This document shows positions 27,807 to 38,652 of a stretch of DNA of 64,000 nucleotides, piece after piece; position 1 is the first letter of the stretch; the number at the start of each line of letters is the position of its first letter. A program made the position numbers and the translations under genes. The stretch covers positions 18,573 through 82,572 of IMG/VR virus record IMGVR_UViG_3300020440_000010. One strand, 5' to 3'. The notes below the pieces were generated by a model. The model saw only the letters and a list, made by a program, of their open reading frames with translations, was not told where the DNA came from and ran no database searches. Source of the DNA: a virus. Its lineage: Duplodnaviria; Caudoviricetes.

Positions 27807-27881
27807 AACCCTCCTTGGTTTGTTTTGGCTAATTTTTTAGACTTTAGTTATCATTTAAATTAAAAAACACGCACTTTATGA

Positions 27882-27912
27882 TTGACATCCAAAACAAATG
27901 GTGCTATAAATA
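27882..27912 (+). promoter_or_regulatory. Composite early/late promoter of tmRNA
   Basis: TTGACA-17-TATAAA, where the -10 also reads TATAAATA. Confidence 0.7.
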
Positions 27913-27916
27913 TAAG

Positions 27917-28220
27917 TGTAATTGTTGACAGCATCGTATGTCACAAGAGCAGGACCCCGGGGCGGTACCGGGCAGGTCCACCATAAACACATTGTTTTTT
28001 ATGGTTAGTAGTGTGTTTATGATGGGCCTGAAATAGGATCGACTGGCTTGTTAAGGGTGAAAGAGATTACCGGTAAGGTACGACCGAGCATTATATGGGG
28101 AGACTCATGCTACTGTCCAAAAACCATAAATGCAAACGATAATTTTGCATCTGAAGAGTTACGTCTAGCGGCGTAGTTCTACGGGGTTGGCAACTTACCT
28201 GGCAACAGAAAAGTTGCACT
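27917..28220 (+). ncRNA. ssrA: Circularly permuted (two-piece) tmRNA, alphaproteobacterial type
   Basis: Acceptor piece: T-arm CCCGG-GGCGGTA-CCGGG, CAGGTCC-A-CCA ending at 27983. Intervening hairpin. Coding piece starts GGGCCTGAAATAGGATCGAC at 28024 (G3.U70 pair). Outer ends approximate. Confidence 0.93.
28132..28176 (+). other. tmRNA tag reading frame (A)ANDNFASEELRLAA*
   Basis: GCA resume codon, ANDN start, LAA-stop ClpX degron. Confidence 0.9.
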
Positions 28221-28388
28221 TCTAAATACAATATTACAACAAAGCACATAGTAACGGTACAACAGGGCAATTACGCCTAAATAACAAAGAAGCAGACCGT
28301 ATAGTATTATCTCAAAGAGCAGTTGACCTAGTCCTGCTCTTTTTCTTTTATTTGCAGTTTCAATAAATACACATAGGAGAACCAGTTC

Positions 28389-30821
28389 ATGTCAGTAAAA
28401 GTAATTGATGGATTTAGATTAATTGTAGCCAAAAAAGGACAAACCAATATTGGCACAATTGAAGCAGATGCAGATAACGATACACTTACCTTAGAAGCAG
28501 GTAGTGGTATTAGTTTTACAGTAGATGCAAATGATGATAAAATCACAATAATAAACACAGTAGAATCAGAAGTCCTAGCGGCGGCAAGAGCCCCTATCTA
28601 TATTAGAGCAGATGATTCAACAATTAGAGAAGTGCGTGGCAGTGAGAGTTTTGGTATTGTTGGAACTGGTGCAGTAACTACATCAAGCAACGCAGAAGGT
28701 GATATTACAGTCAATGCAAGTACTGACCTTAGCACATATGACAATACTAGTTCTGGATTTATCACAGGAAATAATTTAGGTGACCGTGCAGATGTTACAA
28801 TTACTAGTATAAGCGACAATGATTTATTACAATATGATACTACAAGTGGAAAATGGCAAAATCAATCTATTACTAATGCCGGATTTGCAACAGTATCTAC
28901 AACAGGTTCTTACAACGATTTAACAAACAGACCAAATATTACTTTTTCAGGTGACGCTTCAGGAAATACAGGCGGTACACTTGGTGGTGGTGCAAGTACA
29001 GTTACTCTAGTTTTAGATAGTGTTGCTACTCCAGGAACATACAACGGAATTACTATTGATGCAAAAGGTCGTGTAACAAATATTAATGTTGCTGACTTTG
29101 AACAGGACACACTACAAACTGTAACTGATAGAGGCACAACAACAAATAATAATATAACAGTGGCAGGTTTAACAATAGGCAATATTGTTATGCCTACGAC
29201 ATTAGGTGCTGACGGAACAGTACTGAAAGTAAACAATGGTGTATTACAATTTGGAACAGACACTAATAGTTCATTTAACATTGTTGCAGATGATTCAACT
29301 GTTAGAAAAATTACACTAGGTGAAACAATTGGCGTACTTGGCACAGGTCCTATAACAACTTCAAGTGATGCAGAAGGCAATATTACAATTAACAGTAATC
29401 CAACAATTGATCAAGTTTTAGGAAATGGATCTATCACTACAAAAAGTATTCAAGTAGGACAAGTAATAGTTGGTTCAGAATATTCTTTACCTACAACTAA
29501 AGGAACAAACGGAACAGTTCTAGGGATGAACAATGGACAACTGCAATTTATTGCAGGTGGTTCCGGACAGGCTTTGCGAGTAAGAGCAGATGACAGTGCA
29601 GAACAAACTATCAATTCTGGAGAAGCACTTGCATTTTTAGGTGCTGGTAATGTAACAACATCTAGTAACGCAGAAGGAGAAATAACAATTACAAGTTCTC
29701 CTACACTGACAGATGTTTTAGCAAATGGAGCCAGTACTACGACAGCAGTAGACTTTCAAGGTAATGTAACAATAGGAAGTGACACCACAGATATTATTAC
29801 AGTTAACGGTGCGTTAGCAGGTAGATTTCCTTTATCATTTGAAGGACTTACTGACAACAGTATCTTTACAAGATTTGAAATTACAGATCCAACAGGAGGT
29901 CAAAACACTGTAACTTTTCCAGACGCAAGTGGTACAGTAGCATTTGTTGGAGCAGACATCAGCACATTCAATAACGATTCTAACTTTGTTTCAACCAGTG
30001 GCAATGTAGCAACTGCAACTGCATTACAGACTGCAAGAAACTTTGAAATCACAGGTGTTGTAACCGCCGGTGCACAATCATTTGATGGTTCAGGTAATTT
30101 AACATTAACAACACAATTTGCAAATCAAAATATCAGCCAATTTAACAATGACGCAGGATTTGTAACATCTGGTTTGACTACTGACACACCTATTAGCACA
30201 TTACCAAATGATGCAGGTTATATGAGCAAATGGTTTATTGGTGCTGATGACAGTTCCATGAAACAAGTAAATGGCGATGAAGCAATTAAAATTATGGGCA
30301 GTGGTGCGGTAAGCACAGCAAGTGATGCCGAAGGTAACATAACTGTAACTGCTTCAAACAATTTAAGTTCATACAACAACGATGCAGGATTTAACACAGA
30401 AAATGATACTATTACACTTACTGGAGATTTAAGTGGTAGTGGTAAAACAACTATCAATGCAACACTGTCCACAAACTTATCAAGTGTAGCACCAGGCACC
30501 TACAACTATGTCACAGTAGATACCAAAGGTATTGTTCAGAGTGCAAGTTTAAAATCTTACATTGAAGCAGGTACGTTACTAGAACAAGATCTTAAAGGCA
30601 GTGTATTTGCAGATGATTCTAGTGTAGTAATTGATGGTGTGTCGGGTAATATTGTTGGTACAGTTACAGGAACTACCACAGGTACTATTGCACCTGGAAC
30701 AACTGCACCTAGTGCCGATACTGATGCAGGTACAACTGGTGAAATAAGAGTAGATGACAACTATATCTATGTGAAAACATCTACCGTTTGGAAAAGAATT
30801 ACGTTGCAAGGATTTGTATAG
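28389..30821 (+). CDS. Tail-fibre-like virion protein with internal repeats
   Basis: 4x ADDS...G.G..TTSS.AEG.IT and 5x IS.F.ND.GF repeats; T/G/S/N-rich; late promoter. Confidence 0.7.
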   Translation: MSVKVIDGFRLIVAKKGQTNIGTIEADADNDTLTLEAGSGISFTVDANDDKITIINTVESEVLAAARAPIYIRADDSTIREVRGSESFGIVGTGAVTTSSNAEGDITVNASTDLSTYDNTSSGFITGNNLGDRADVTITSISDNDLLQYDTTSGKWQNQSITNAGFATVSTTGSYNDLTNRPNITFSGDASGNTGGTLGGGASTVTLVLDSVATPGTYNGITIDAKGRVTNINVADFEQDTLQTVTDRGTTTNNNITVAGLTIGNIVMPTTLGADGTVLKVNNGVLQFGTDTNSSFNIVADDSTVRKITLGETIGVLGTGPITTSSDAEGNITINSNPTIDQVLGNGSITTKSIQVGQVIVGSEYSLPTTKGTNGTVLGMNNGQLQFIAGGSGQALRVRADDSAEQTINSGEALAFLGAGNVTTSSNAEGEITITSSPTLTDVLANGASTTTAVDFQGNVTIGSDTTDIITVNGALAGRFPLSFEGLTDNSIFTRFEITDPTGGQNTVTFPDASGTVAFVGADISTFNNDSNFVSTSGNVATATALQTARNFEITGVVTAGAQSFDGSGNLTLTTQFANQNISQFNNDAGFVTSGLTTDTPISTLPNDAGYMSKWFIGADDSSMKQVNGDEAIKIMGSGAVSTASDAEGNITVTASNNLSSYNNDAGFNTENDTITLTGDLSGSGKTTINATLSTNLSSVAPGTYNYVTVDTKGIVQSASLKSYIEAGTLLEQDLKGSVFADDSSVVIDGVSGNIVGTVTGTTTGTIAPGTTAPSADTDAGTTGEIRVDDNYIYVKTSTVWKRITLQGFV

Positions 30822-30824
30822 TAG

Positions 30825-31250
30825 ATGGAAACACACGTTTATAGAGCAAAAGTATTAAGAATAGTTGATGGTGATACCATTGACGTTGATTTGGATTTAG
30901 GTTTTACGGTTTGGATGCGTAAACAAAGAATACGTTTAGCAGGAATCGATACACCTGAATCTAGAACAAGAAACAAGGAGGAAAAGAAAAGAGGCTTATT
31001 ATCAAAGGCAAAGTTAAAGGAGTTATGTCCTACAGGCAGTACAATTAAAGTAAAAACAGAACTAGATAAAGAAAGAGGCAAGTTTGGCAGAATATTAGGC
31101 ACACTAATAAATTCAGAAGAAACAAATATTAATCAATTTTTAATTGAAAACAATTATGCGGTTGCATATCATGGGCAATCCAAAAGCGATATTGAACAAG
31201 CACACCAAACCAATGCCATTCTTCTTAGAGAACGTGGCGAAATTGAATAA
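30825..31250 (+). CDS. Thermonuclease (SNase-like)
   Basis: RIVDGDTIDV, RIRLAGIDTPES, KFGRILG. Confidence 0.9.
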   Translation: METHVYRAKVLRIVDGDTIDVDLDLGFTVWMRKQRIRLAGIDTPESRTRNKEEKKRGLLSKAKLKELCPTGSTIKVKTELDKERGKFGRILGTLINSEETNINQFLIENNYAVAYHGQSKSDIEQAHQTNAILLRERGEIE

Positions 31251-31356
31251 TTGGTAAAATTGGTAAAATCTACACTTGACTAAATCCTAGTTCTGTATTA
31301 TTATAAGGTATTACTGGTATTAATGGTAATACTAAAGAAATATAACGGAGGCTAAA

Positions 31357-31662
31357 ATGGCAAAAAGCAAAGAGGTACTTGATAACATTAAGTCTATCTG
31401 CAAGAACACTTGGGGAGATGAAAATGTTTATGAAGGCCCATCAGGCAAATATAAATGGGAAGTAGGCAGAGATACAGGCAATGGTATCATCAATGGCGTA
31501 GTAAGAAAATTTATTGCTGAAGATAAAGAAGGCAATGAAATTTACACAGTCGCAGGTTCATTTAAAATCGATCACGATGGTAATGTTACAAGATGGACTG
31601 GACTTCCGAGAAGGTTTCAAAAAGAAGCAAGTGAATTGGCTAAATCTGTGAATGGTGACTAG
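31357..31662 (+). CDS. Hypothetical protein
   Basis: GGAGG SD, early promoter upstream. Confidence 0.7.
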   Translation: MAKSKEVLDNIKSICKNTWGDENVYEGPSGKYKWEVGRDTGNGIINGVVRKFIAEDKEGNEIYTVAGSFKIDHDGNVTRWTGLPRRFQKEASELAKSVNGD

Positions 31663-31864
31663 TATGTTATTTGACACAAGACATACAGTCCCATCAGATA
31701 TTGCTAAAGATATTTGGATTGAGAAACTTAATAAAATTGATAAGGTTTTCGATTCTATTCAATCAAGCAATCACCAAAGTGGTTGGGCATTAGATTATTG
31801 GACAGGAGTAAGACGAAAACTACTAGAACAGTTAAGGATAATAGATGCAGAAGGAAAAAATTAA
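31652..31864 (+). CDS. Hypothetical protein
   Basis: Coupled small ORF. Confidence 0.55.
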   Translation: MVTSMLFDTRHTVPSDIAKDIWIEKLNKIDKVFDSIQSSNHQSGWALDYWTGVRRKLLEQLRIIDAEGKN

Positions 31865-32516
31865 AAAAATTAATTGGAAAAAAGTTAAAATTACTTTTTA
31901 TAAAGTGTTAGCAAGTGTTGTAATTATAACATCTGCTTTTGGTTTTGGAACTTTCAAACCTAATCATTTTGTAGTAGAAAAGATTGAGACTAGAGTTGAA
32001 GTTAAACTTATTAAACAAGCAATAGATCTAGGATTACATACTCCTAATTTTGTGTACAGTGACGATGAAACTTTTATTGCCGCAGTCAATAAGTGTGTGG
32101 CATATCTAAACTATACCACAGATCCTGCACAACGTATTCCAACTGCAATTATTATTGCCATGGCAGGTATTGAATCTGCTTGGGGGAATAGTAGATTCGC
32201 AACAGAAGGTAATGCACTTTTTGGAGTAAGAACTTGGAGTTTGGATAAAGTTCCTCATATGAAAGCAAAAGGTAATCCAAATGCAAGTTGGGGTGTAAAG
32301 AAATATGAAAATAAGTGCGATAGTATTAAAGATATGATTGCTATTATCAACAGACATCCAGCATATAAAGAATTTAGAATAGAACGTGATAGACAAAGAC
32401 TTGACAATAACAAAATATGGAATTATAATAAACTTATGCCTTTATTAAGTGCATGGAGCACTAACGAAAAATATGCAAATATAATCTTAAGAACTATTAA
32501 GGAGAGAAATCTATAA
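31845..32516 (+). CDS. Glucosaminidase-family (Bax-like) cell-wall hydrolase with N-terminal TM
   Basis: AMAGIESAWGNSRFATEGNALFGVRTW; LSAWST..KY. Confidence 0.8.
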   Translation: MQKEKIKKINWKKVKITFYKVLASVVIITSAFGFGTFKPNHFVVEKIETRVEVKLIKQAIDLGLHTPNFVYSDDETFIAAVNKCVAYLNYTTDPAQRIPTAIIIAMAGIESAWGNSRFATEGNALFGVRTWSLDKVPHMKAKGNPNASWGVKKYENKCDSIKDMIAIINRHPAYKEFRIERDRQRLDNNKIWNYNKLMPLLSAWSTNEKYANIILRTIKERNL

Positions 32517-32980
32517 TGACAATGCATCTAGCACGTGGGTTGACAACACTTAATCTATCCAAAAAGAAAAAGAAAGTTAAAGTGACCAAAGGTAAAATTG
32601 AACGTTGGACAGAACAGTGTCGCAAACATAACAAAGAGATGAAACGTCTCGGACTACCCGATCATATGATGACAGTAGATGATTATATAGATTATATACA
32701 CGGCAGACACAAATCCAAAACACAACCAAGGGCAGTGCAAACACCTTGGCACCAAACAGGTAATGAATTTAAAAGAACAACTGAACACATTCCAAGTGGA
32801 GTCAGTAAACACAGTTTTCAACCTGCTCTTAAAAAAGAGCCACTGCAATACACAGGTGAACGTAAATTGGTAGGAATCGCTACAATGCACAAATCCAATA
32901 TGGTTCCAATCTTTGCAGATGATGACGATAAGACAGGTAGAAATGCGGCAACAGAGATTGCCAAAATGAGAAGGAATTGA
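32516..32980 (+). CDS. Conserved T4-like hypothetical protein
   Basis: LVGIATMHKSNMVPIF motif. Confidence 0.65.
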   Translation: MTMHLARGLTTLNLSKKKKKVKVTKGKIERWTEQCRKHNKEMKRLGLPDHMMTVDDYIDYIHGRHKSKTQPRAVQTPWHQTGNEFKRTTEHIPSGVSKHSFQPALKKEPLQYTGERKLVGIATMHKSNMVPIFADDDDKTGRNAATEIAKMRRN

Positions 32981-33046
32981 TATCTTTATGGTTGACAAAA
33001 CCGGTAATGATGTTAATATAACAATATAGGCTTAAAAAGGAGGCTA

Positions 33047-33538
33047 ATGATGAAAGGCGTAAAAAATGCATTGATGGTAAGTGTACTTGCAGTCACACTA
33101 GGTGCTTGTAGTACAATGACTACCGTTGCAGAAAGAGACACTTATGCTGAACCTAATTGGTATGCAAAGTGTAAACAAATTGGAAACGAAGGTGGTTTTC
33201 TTTTCTGGTTTGGTACTGATTATGTTTATGCTTGTGGTAAAGGTGTAAGCACATTTGACCAAGCGGCTGTGGCTCAAGCAAAGACTTTCGCACTTAAAGG
33301 TGTTGCAGAAAGAATCCACAGTAACATAAAAGCATCTACAAAAGTAGACATCAAAGACGAAACTAAAGTAAGTAGAACTACTGTAGAACATATTGTAAAC
33401 AAAACAGTTGTAAGACAGCAGTTAGAAGATGAAAAGTACACATACAAGTATGGCGGAAAGTTTCATACTTTTATGAGACTTAAGATCGAAAAAGAAGTCT
33501 TTGAAACTTTGATCAACGAAGCAAAAGCGGTACAGTAA
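33047..33538 (+). CDS. Lipoprotein (LPP20-like)
   Basis: Lipobox TLGA-C; P.WY...YACGKG...A...A..A. Confidence 0.7.
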   Translation: MMKGVKNALMVSVLAVTLGACSTMTTVAERDTYAEPNWYAKCKQIGNEGGFLFWFGTDYVYACGKGVSTFDQAAVAQAKTFALKGVAERIHSNIKASTKVDIKDETKVSRTTVEHIVNKTVVRQQLEDEKYTYKYGGKFHTFMRLKIEKEVFETLINEAKAVQ

Positions 33539-33539
33539 C

Positions 33540-33899
33540 ATGAGAGTTCTTTTGTTACTGTCCGTAATCGTTGGTTTGAATGCTTGTTCTAGTGTAAAGC
33601 AACCTGACTTAGACATTATGTCTAGCAAGAAACAATATTGTCACACAGAGCAGGTTGTAGTACACGATAAAGAAAAAGGTAAATCAGACGAAGTAGCAAG
33701 TAGAACTGTATTGACTTGTAGTGATCAAACTGATCCTATGGAAAATAAGTTAGTCAAAATGGGTGTTGCTGATAGGTGTGGTTATTTTCATGATACAATT
33801 AACATAGGAGGACAAAGTGTTTGGTATAAACAAATGGCGTGTTTCGTCGGTGACCAAGCAACAGGCCGTTGGGTTCTTATTGAAAACCCTACTTGGTAG
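33540..33899 (+). CDS. Lipoprotein
   Basis: Lipobox LNA-C. Confidence 0.7.
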   Translation: MRVLLLLSVIVGLNACSSVKQPDLDIMSSKKQYCHTEQVVVHDKEKGKSDEVASRTVLTCSDQTDPMENKLVKMGVADRCGYFHDTINIGGQSVWYKQMACFVGDQATGRWVLIENPTW

Positions 33900-34299
33900 T
33901 TGTTTTATATTTCTTATAGGTTGCAGTAGCAATCCAAGTCCTGTCAATAAAAATATTATCGTGCATAGCAATCACAAACATATTGACAGCACATATATGA
34001 TGGCGTGGAAAATATTCGAAGACATGAAATGGAATCTGCCTTATAATTCAACTAGGTTGCATAACCAAAGTGTTGTGATGGCAGTAAAACGTGCTCAGAA
34101 CGGTCAAATGGTAGAATGGTTTGACGAAAAGAACGGGGCAATGGGTTATACAAAAATTTTAATTACACATCCAATAAGTGGTGGATATTGCAGACAAGCA
34201 GAAACTAAAGTTCAGTTTAACGGAAACAAACGAACTTGGATTTACAAGGCTTGTACTATTGACGAAGGAGCATCGTTCAATATTGAAATCACTGGATAA
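33817..34299 (+). CDS. Lipoprotein with 17-kDa surface-antigen-like C-terminus (true start probably ~33880)
   Basis: Lipobox LIG-C; GQMVEW...GGYCRQ...ACT. Confidence 0.6.
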   Translation: MFGINKWRVSSVTKQQAVGFLLKTLLGSCFIFLIGCSSNPSPVNKNIIVHSNHKHIDSTYMMAWKIFEDMKWNLPYNSTRLHNQSVVMAVKRAQNGQMVEWFDEKNGAMGYTKILITHPISGGYCRQAETKVQFNGNKRTWIYKACTIDEGASFNIEITG

Positions 34300-34367
34300 A
34301 ATTTTAATTGACTTTTACTCATAAACCGTATATATTTTAATCAAACAAATAGAGGTTAAATATACAT

Positions 34368-36251
34368 ATGATTTTAGGAATTATTACTTTATTATCCGCA
34401 CTAACAATATCAGCGGTTGCGATATATTACAGTGTGGCAGGATTGGCGGCAATTTTTGCGGCCGCAGTGGTTCCCATTATAATAATGGGTGTCGCACTAG
34501 AAGTAGGTAAATTAGTTACCGCAGTATGGCTTCACAAACATTGGAGTCGTGCAGTATGGTGGTTAAAAACCTATCTAAGTATTGCAGTAGTAGTACTAAT
34601 GTTTATTACGTCAATGGGTATATTTGGTTACCTATCTAAAGCACATATTGAACAAACAAGTTTATCACAAGAACAAGTAGCATTAATTGGTACCCTTGAA
34701 GACAAGGAAAGTAGATCAACGTTCAAAATAGATCGTTGGACAGAAGAAATGAGCAAACTCATGAAAGGTGAGGATGTTCGGGTAGATAATTTAATTGCTA
34801 ATGAGCAAGAAGAACTTGATAAAATTAATGCTCTTATCAAACAAGAAAAAGACGATGTAAGAGTTGATTTTGACAAGCAAATACAACTACAAAACGATAG
34901 ATTAAAACAAGCCGCAGAACGTAAAGAAGCAGACATTAATGCCGCGGCTGAGAGATTTAAAAATAGTTTAGGCGGTGGAGCAAAATACGACAAAGCAGTT
35001 GAAGTTGCAAAAGCAAACGAATTATCTGTTGCTTCGGCGGCACAAAAAGAAATACAACGTATTAATGGTTTGCTAAACGATGCACTTGCTAAAGTTGAAG
35101 AAAAGTATGCAGATCAAATTAAAAATATACAAACTAGAATTACAGATCTACGTAATCAAGCAAACAATAAAACAGTTGATATAGAATCTAGAGTTAAAGA
35201 ACTTGAAGGGTTTATTGATAGTGAACAACTTATTATTGATCAAGTCAGAGAACAAAAGTTTGAATACGAAAAAGAATACCGTAAATTAGAAGCAGAAGTA
35301 GGCCCAATCAAATACATAGCAGAATTTATTTACGGAGATCAAGCAGATCAAAACTTATTAGAGGCCGCAGTGCGATGGGTAATAATTGTTATTATCTTTG
35401 TGTTTGACCCACTTGCGGTGCTACTGCTTATTGCTTCGCAGTATACTTTCCAATGGGCAAGAGGCAAAGAAGGCGGTAGTTTGCCGGGAAAGCCAGATCC
35501 TGATCCAGAAGATCCTAACGACCCGGACGAACCTCCATACACAGAAGAAGAGTGGAACGAAGCACACAGACATAATCAAGAATTTGATGGAGCAAAAAAA
35601 ATTGCTACAAACGTTCCACCAACAATATCCGAATATGAAAGAAGCATTAATGTTGAAGACGAAGAGCAAAAATTTGAAAAGTCACAACATAGTAGTCAAT
35701 TGCTAATGTTCAATGATATAGATCCTTTACCAATGAAGGATAGAGAATTTTTTGGTGAAGATGAAGAAGTTGCACTACCTCATCCAGATCAGCAATCACT
35801 AGACTTTGATGAGAAACGTGAAGATGAAACTGAAGAAGAATATCTTAAACGTGTATGGAAAAAAGAACATCCACAATCTACAATTGAACATCAAAAAAGA
35901 TTACTTCAAGAAGGTAACATAGAAAGTTTACCTTGGGAAAAGGTTTCTGAAACTATTGAAGATATGAAGTCTGAAGGTGAATGGCCCAAAGGTGAAGAAG
36001 AAGATGACTTGGATAAATGGAACGAATGGGTAGAGGCCGCAAACAAACAAGCAGAACAAAATCCAGAAAAAGGCAAATACACAGAAGTAATTGAACCACA
36101 AGGATTCGTTCAGAACGAAGAACAACATCAAGGCGAATGGAATAAAATACAAAAAGCAAGGCGGTTAAAAGAATTGGAAATTACAGAAAAAGAATATAGA
36201 CAAAGAGCCGGGGAGAAACAAAAAGAGGAAAAAAGTGTCGCAAAAAATTAA
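34368..36251 (+). CDS. Membrane protein with long coiled coil and acidic tail
   Basis: Three N-terminal TMs, coiled coil, TM (VIIVIIFVFDPLAV), E/D-rich tail. Confidence 0.75.
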   Translation: MILGIITLLSALTISAVAIYYSVAGLAAIFAAAVVPIIIMGVALEVGKLVTAVWLHKHWSRAVWWLKTYLSIAVVVLMFITSMGIFGYLSKAHIEQTSLSQEQVALIGTLEDKESRSTFKIDRWTEEMSKLMKGEDVRVDNLIANEQEELDKINALIKQEKDDVRVDFDKQIQLQNDRLKQAAERKEADINAAAERFKNSLGGGAKYDKAVEVAKANELSVASAAQKEIQRINGLLNDALAKVEEKYADQIKNIQTRITDLRNQANNKTVDIESRVKELEGFIDSEQLIIDQVREQKFEYEKEYRKLEAEVGPIKYIAEFIYGDQADQNLLEAAVRWVIIVIIFVFDPLAVLLLIASQYTFQWARGKEGGSLPGKPDPDPEDPNDPDEPPYTEEEWNEAHRHNQEFDGAKKIATNVPPTISEYERSINVEDEEQKFEKSQHSSQLLMFNDIDPLPMKDREFFGEDEEVALPHPDQQSLDFDEKREDETEEEYLKRVWKKEHPQSTIEHQKRLLQEGNIESLPWEKVSETIEDMKSEGEWPKGEEEDDLDKWNEWVEAANKQAEQNPEKGKYTEVIEPQGFVQNEEQHQGEWNKIQKARRLKELEITEKEYRQRAGEKQKEEKSVAKN

Positions 36252-36627
36252 TTTAATTTCACCACCGGACAAACTACACAATAACAATTTTACCTTTAAT
36301 CTTGTTAACACCACTCCAAAAGAACAAGAAGAAGTATCTATGTTTCTAGCAAAGAATGGTCGTAGTGAGGAAATAAATGTTTACGTCTATAACAACGAAG
36401 CAAATCCTACATGGTTGCTAGATATTGTAGATGGCAAAAATAATACGTATATTAATCTTGACAACACCGGTGATATTAGTGTAAAATATACTAGTTATAT
36501 GTTAAGTAAAGGAAATGTTTATTACTCTACAAGCGATAAGAATAGCGAAGAAATTTACGGAATAATAAACAAAAATCTTGTAACAGACGTGGCAACATTT
36601 TTAGGTAAGATATATGCAGAAAGATAA
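36235..36627 (+). CDS. Hypothetical protein
   Basis: Coupled to clpX. Confidence 0.6.
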   Translation: MSQKINLISPPDKLHNNNFTFNLVNTTPKEQEEVSMFLAKNGRSEEINVYVYNNEANPTWLLDIVDGKNNTYINLDNTGDISVKYTSYMLSKGNVYYSTSDKNSEEIYGIINKNLVTDVATFLGKIYAER

Positions 36628-37861
36628 AAAGAATTGGACTTGCGACTTTTGTGGTAAGAAAAGAGACGAAGTACATAAATTAATTGTTGGGTCAGATGCT
36701 TCTATTTGTAATGAGTGTGTAAGTCTTTGCACAAACATTTTAAGTGAAGAAAAACTAGCAAAAATTAAAAAAGAAAAAGGATTTGATCTTAAGAGACTTA
36801 ATCCTGAGATAATCAAAAAAACATTAGACGAACACGTAATTGGTCAAGAACAAGCAAAGATCAGTTTAAGTGTTGCAGTAAGTCAACATTATAAAAAACT
36901 TTATAATCCTAGTAAAGATTTAAAATTAGATAAAACAAATGTTATGTTAATGGGTCCTACTGGTTCTGGTAAAACATTACTTGCCCAAACTATTGCAGAC
37001 TATCTAAATGTTCCGTTTGCAATTTGTGATGCAACTACATTGACTGAAGCAGGTTATGTTGGTGATGATGTTGAAAGTATTATTACAAGACTGATGAATG
37101 AAGCAGAAGGTGATGTAGAACAAGCAGAACGTGGTATTGTTTTTATAGACGAAGTAGATAAAATTACTAAGAAAGCACAGAATGTTTCAATTACTAGAGA
37201 TGTAAGCGGTGAAGGTGTACAACAAGGATTACTAAAAATTGTTGAAGGTACTAAAGTTCGTATTGCCGCAAGTGGTATGAAAAGAAAGAATCCACAAGCA
37301 GAAATGGTTGAAATAGATACATCAAATATATTGTTTATAGTTGGTGGTGCATTTATTGGATTAGAAAAAATTGTAGAAGATAGACTTAATAAAGGTGGAA
37401 TGGGTTTTGGTGTTGATATTAAAGATGCTGAAAAGGAACAAGACCTAAGTGAAGTACAACCAGAGGACTTAATTAAGTTTGGTTTCATTCCTGAATTTAT
37501 TGGTCGTTTTGGCTTAATTAGTCACGTTAAGGAGTTGACAGAAAGTCAATTAGTTAGTATAATGAAAGAACCAAAGAACGCAATAGTTAAACAATATCAA
37601 TATTTGTTTAAACTTGATGGTGTTGATTTGGAATTGACAAACGATGCAATGAATAGTATAGCCGGAAAAGCAAAAGCATTAAAGACAAATGCTAGAGGAT
37701 TAAAAAGCATTATGGAAGACATATTACTACAATGGCAATACAAATCAACCTCGTTGGTTAAAAAAGGGTTGACAGGCATAACAATCAATAAGGATTGTGT
37801 TGAGGAACCTGATAAGGCACTATTATTATATAAGAAGGAAGAGAATGGCAAAAAGGACTAA
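36614..37861 (+). CDS. clpX: ATP-dependent Clp protease ATPase subunit ClpX
   Basis: C4 zinc finger [41 protein letters not shown] loop. Confidence 0.95.
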   Translation: MQKDKKNWTCDFCGKKRDEVHKLIVGSDASICNECVSLCTNILSEEKLAKIKKEKGFDLKRLNPEIIKKTLDEHVIGQEQAKISLSVAVSQHYKKLYNPSKDLKLDKTNVMLMGPTGSGKTLLAQTIADYLNVPFAICDATTLTEAGYVGDDVESIITRLMNEAEGDVEQAERGIVFIDEVDKITKKAQNVSITRDVSGEGVQQGLLKIVEGTKVRIAASGMKRKNPQAEMVEIDTSNILFIVGGAFIGLEKIVEDRLNKGGMGFGVDIKDAEKEQDLSEVQPEDLIKFGFIPEFIGRFGLISHVKELTESQLVSIMKEPKNAIVKQYQYLFKLDGVDLELTNDAMNSIAGKAKALKTNARGLKSIMEDILLQWQYKSTSLVKKGLTGITINKDCVEEPDKALLLYKKEENGKKD

Positions 37862-38114
37862 AATAAGCACAATGGCAAACGTCAGAGATGGCGAATACGG
37901 ATTATCAGTAAAGGTACGTGGAGACAGTCCACAGGACTTTATGAAGGCTTTAAGAAAGTTCAAACGTAAGGTTGCTGACAGTGGATTGCTTAAAGAAATC
38001 AAGGATAAGCAATACTATCAAAAACCATCTGATAAAAGACGTGAGAAAAAGAAGGCCGCAAGAATTAGGCAGTTAAAAGCATTGGCACAACAGAAAAAAG
38101 ATCTAGGGTATTAA
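37845..38114 (+). CDS. rpsU: Ribosomal protein bS21
   Basis: [31 protein letters not shown]. Confidence 0.88.
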   Translation: MAKRTKISTMANVRDGEYGLSVKVRGDSPQDFMKALRKFKRKVADSGLLKEIKDKQYYQKPSDKRREKKKAARIRQLKALAQQKKDLGY

Positions 38115-38115
38115 A

Positions 38116-38652
38116 ATGTCAACACACGCAATGGTTGACCTAGAAACGTTAGGCACAAAACCAAATTGTGTAATACTAACACTAGGTGCAATTAAATTTA
38201 ATCCACAATCAGACGAAGAACCTAAAGACGGCATCTATCAAAAATTTGATGTCGACGAACAAGTTGCTCTAGGTAGATCACAGGACGATAGCACACTCGA
38301 GTGGTGGGCAAAGCAACCTAAGAATATTCAAGATGAAGCATTTACAGATGAAGGTAGAATATCACCTTTACAAGCAACAAAAGAACTAAACAAGTTTCTT
38401 GTTGGTGTTGACGTAGTATGGGCACAAGGACCTGCTTTTGATATTGTAATTTTAGAAAACTTATATCAGCAACTTGGTTTGCCGTTGCCTTGGAACTTCT
38501 GGCAAATCAGAGACAGCAGAACTTTGTTTAGTTTACTTGACAAAGATCCACGTAAAGCAATTCAACAAGAAGCACACAATGCCTTAGCAGACTGTTATTT
38601 TCAAGCAAAGTGTGTACAACAGGCATATAAGAGAATTGGAGTGCCTGCGTGA
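38116..38652 (+). CDS. DEDDh 3'-5' exonuclease (Rv2179c-like)
   Basis: MVDLETLG, FDIVIL, RDSRTL, HNALAD. Confidence 0.85.
   Translation: MSTHAMVDLETLGTKPNCVILTLGAIKFNPQSDEEPKDGIYQKFDVDEQVALGRSQDDSTLEWWAKQPKNIQDEAFTDEGRISPLQATKELNKFLVGVDVVWAQGPAFDIVILENLYQQLGLPLPWNFWQIRDSRTLFSLLDKDPRKAIQQEAHNALADCYFQAKCVQQAYKRIGVPA

Noticed and set aside
31249-31270. Short tandem repeat ATTGGTAAA(ATTGGTAAA) and poly-A/T tracts
   Set aside because: They are too short and expected by chance in AT-rich intergenic DNA.
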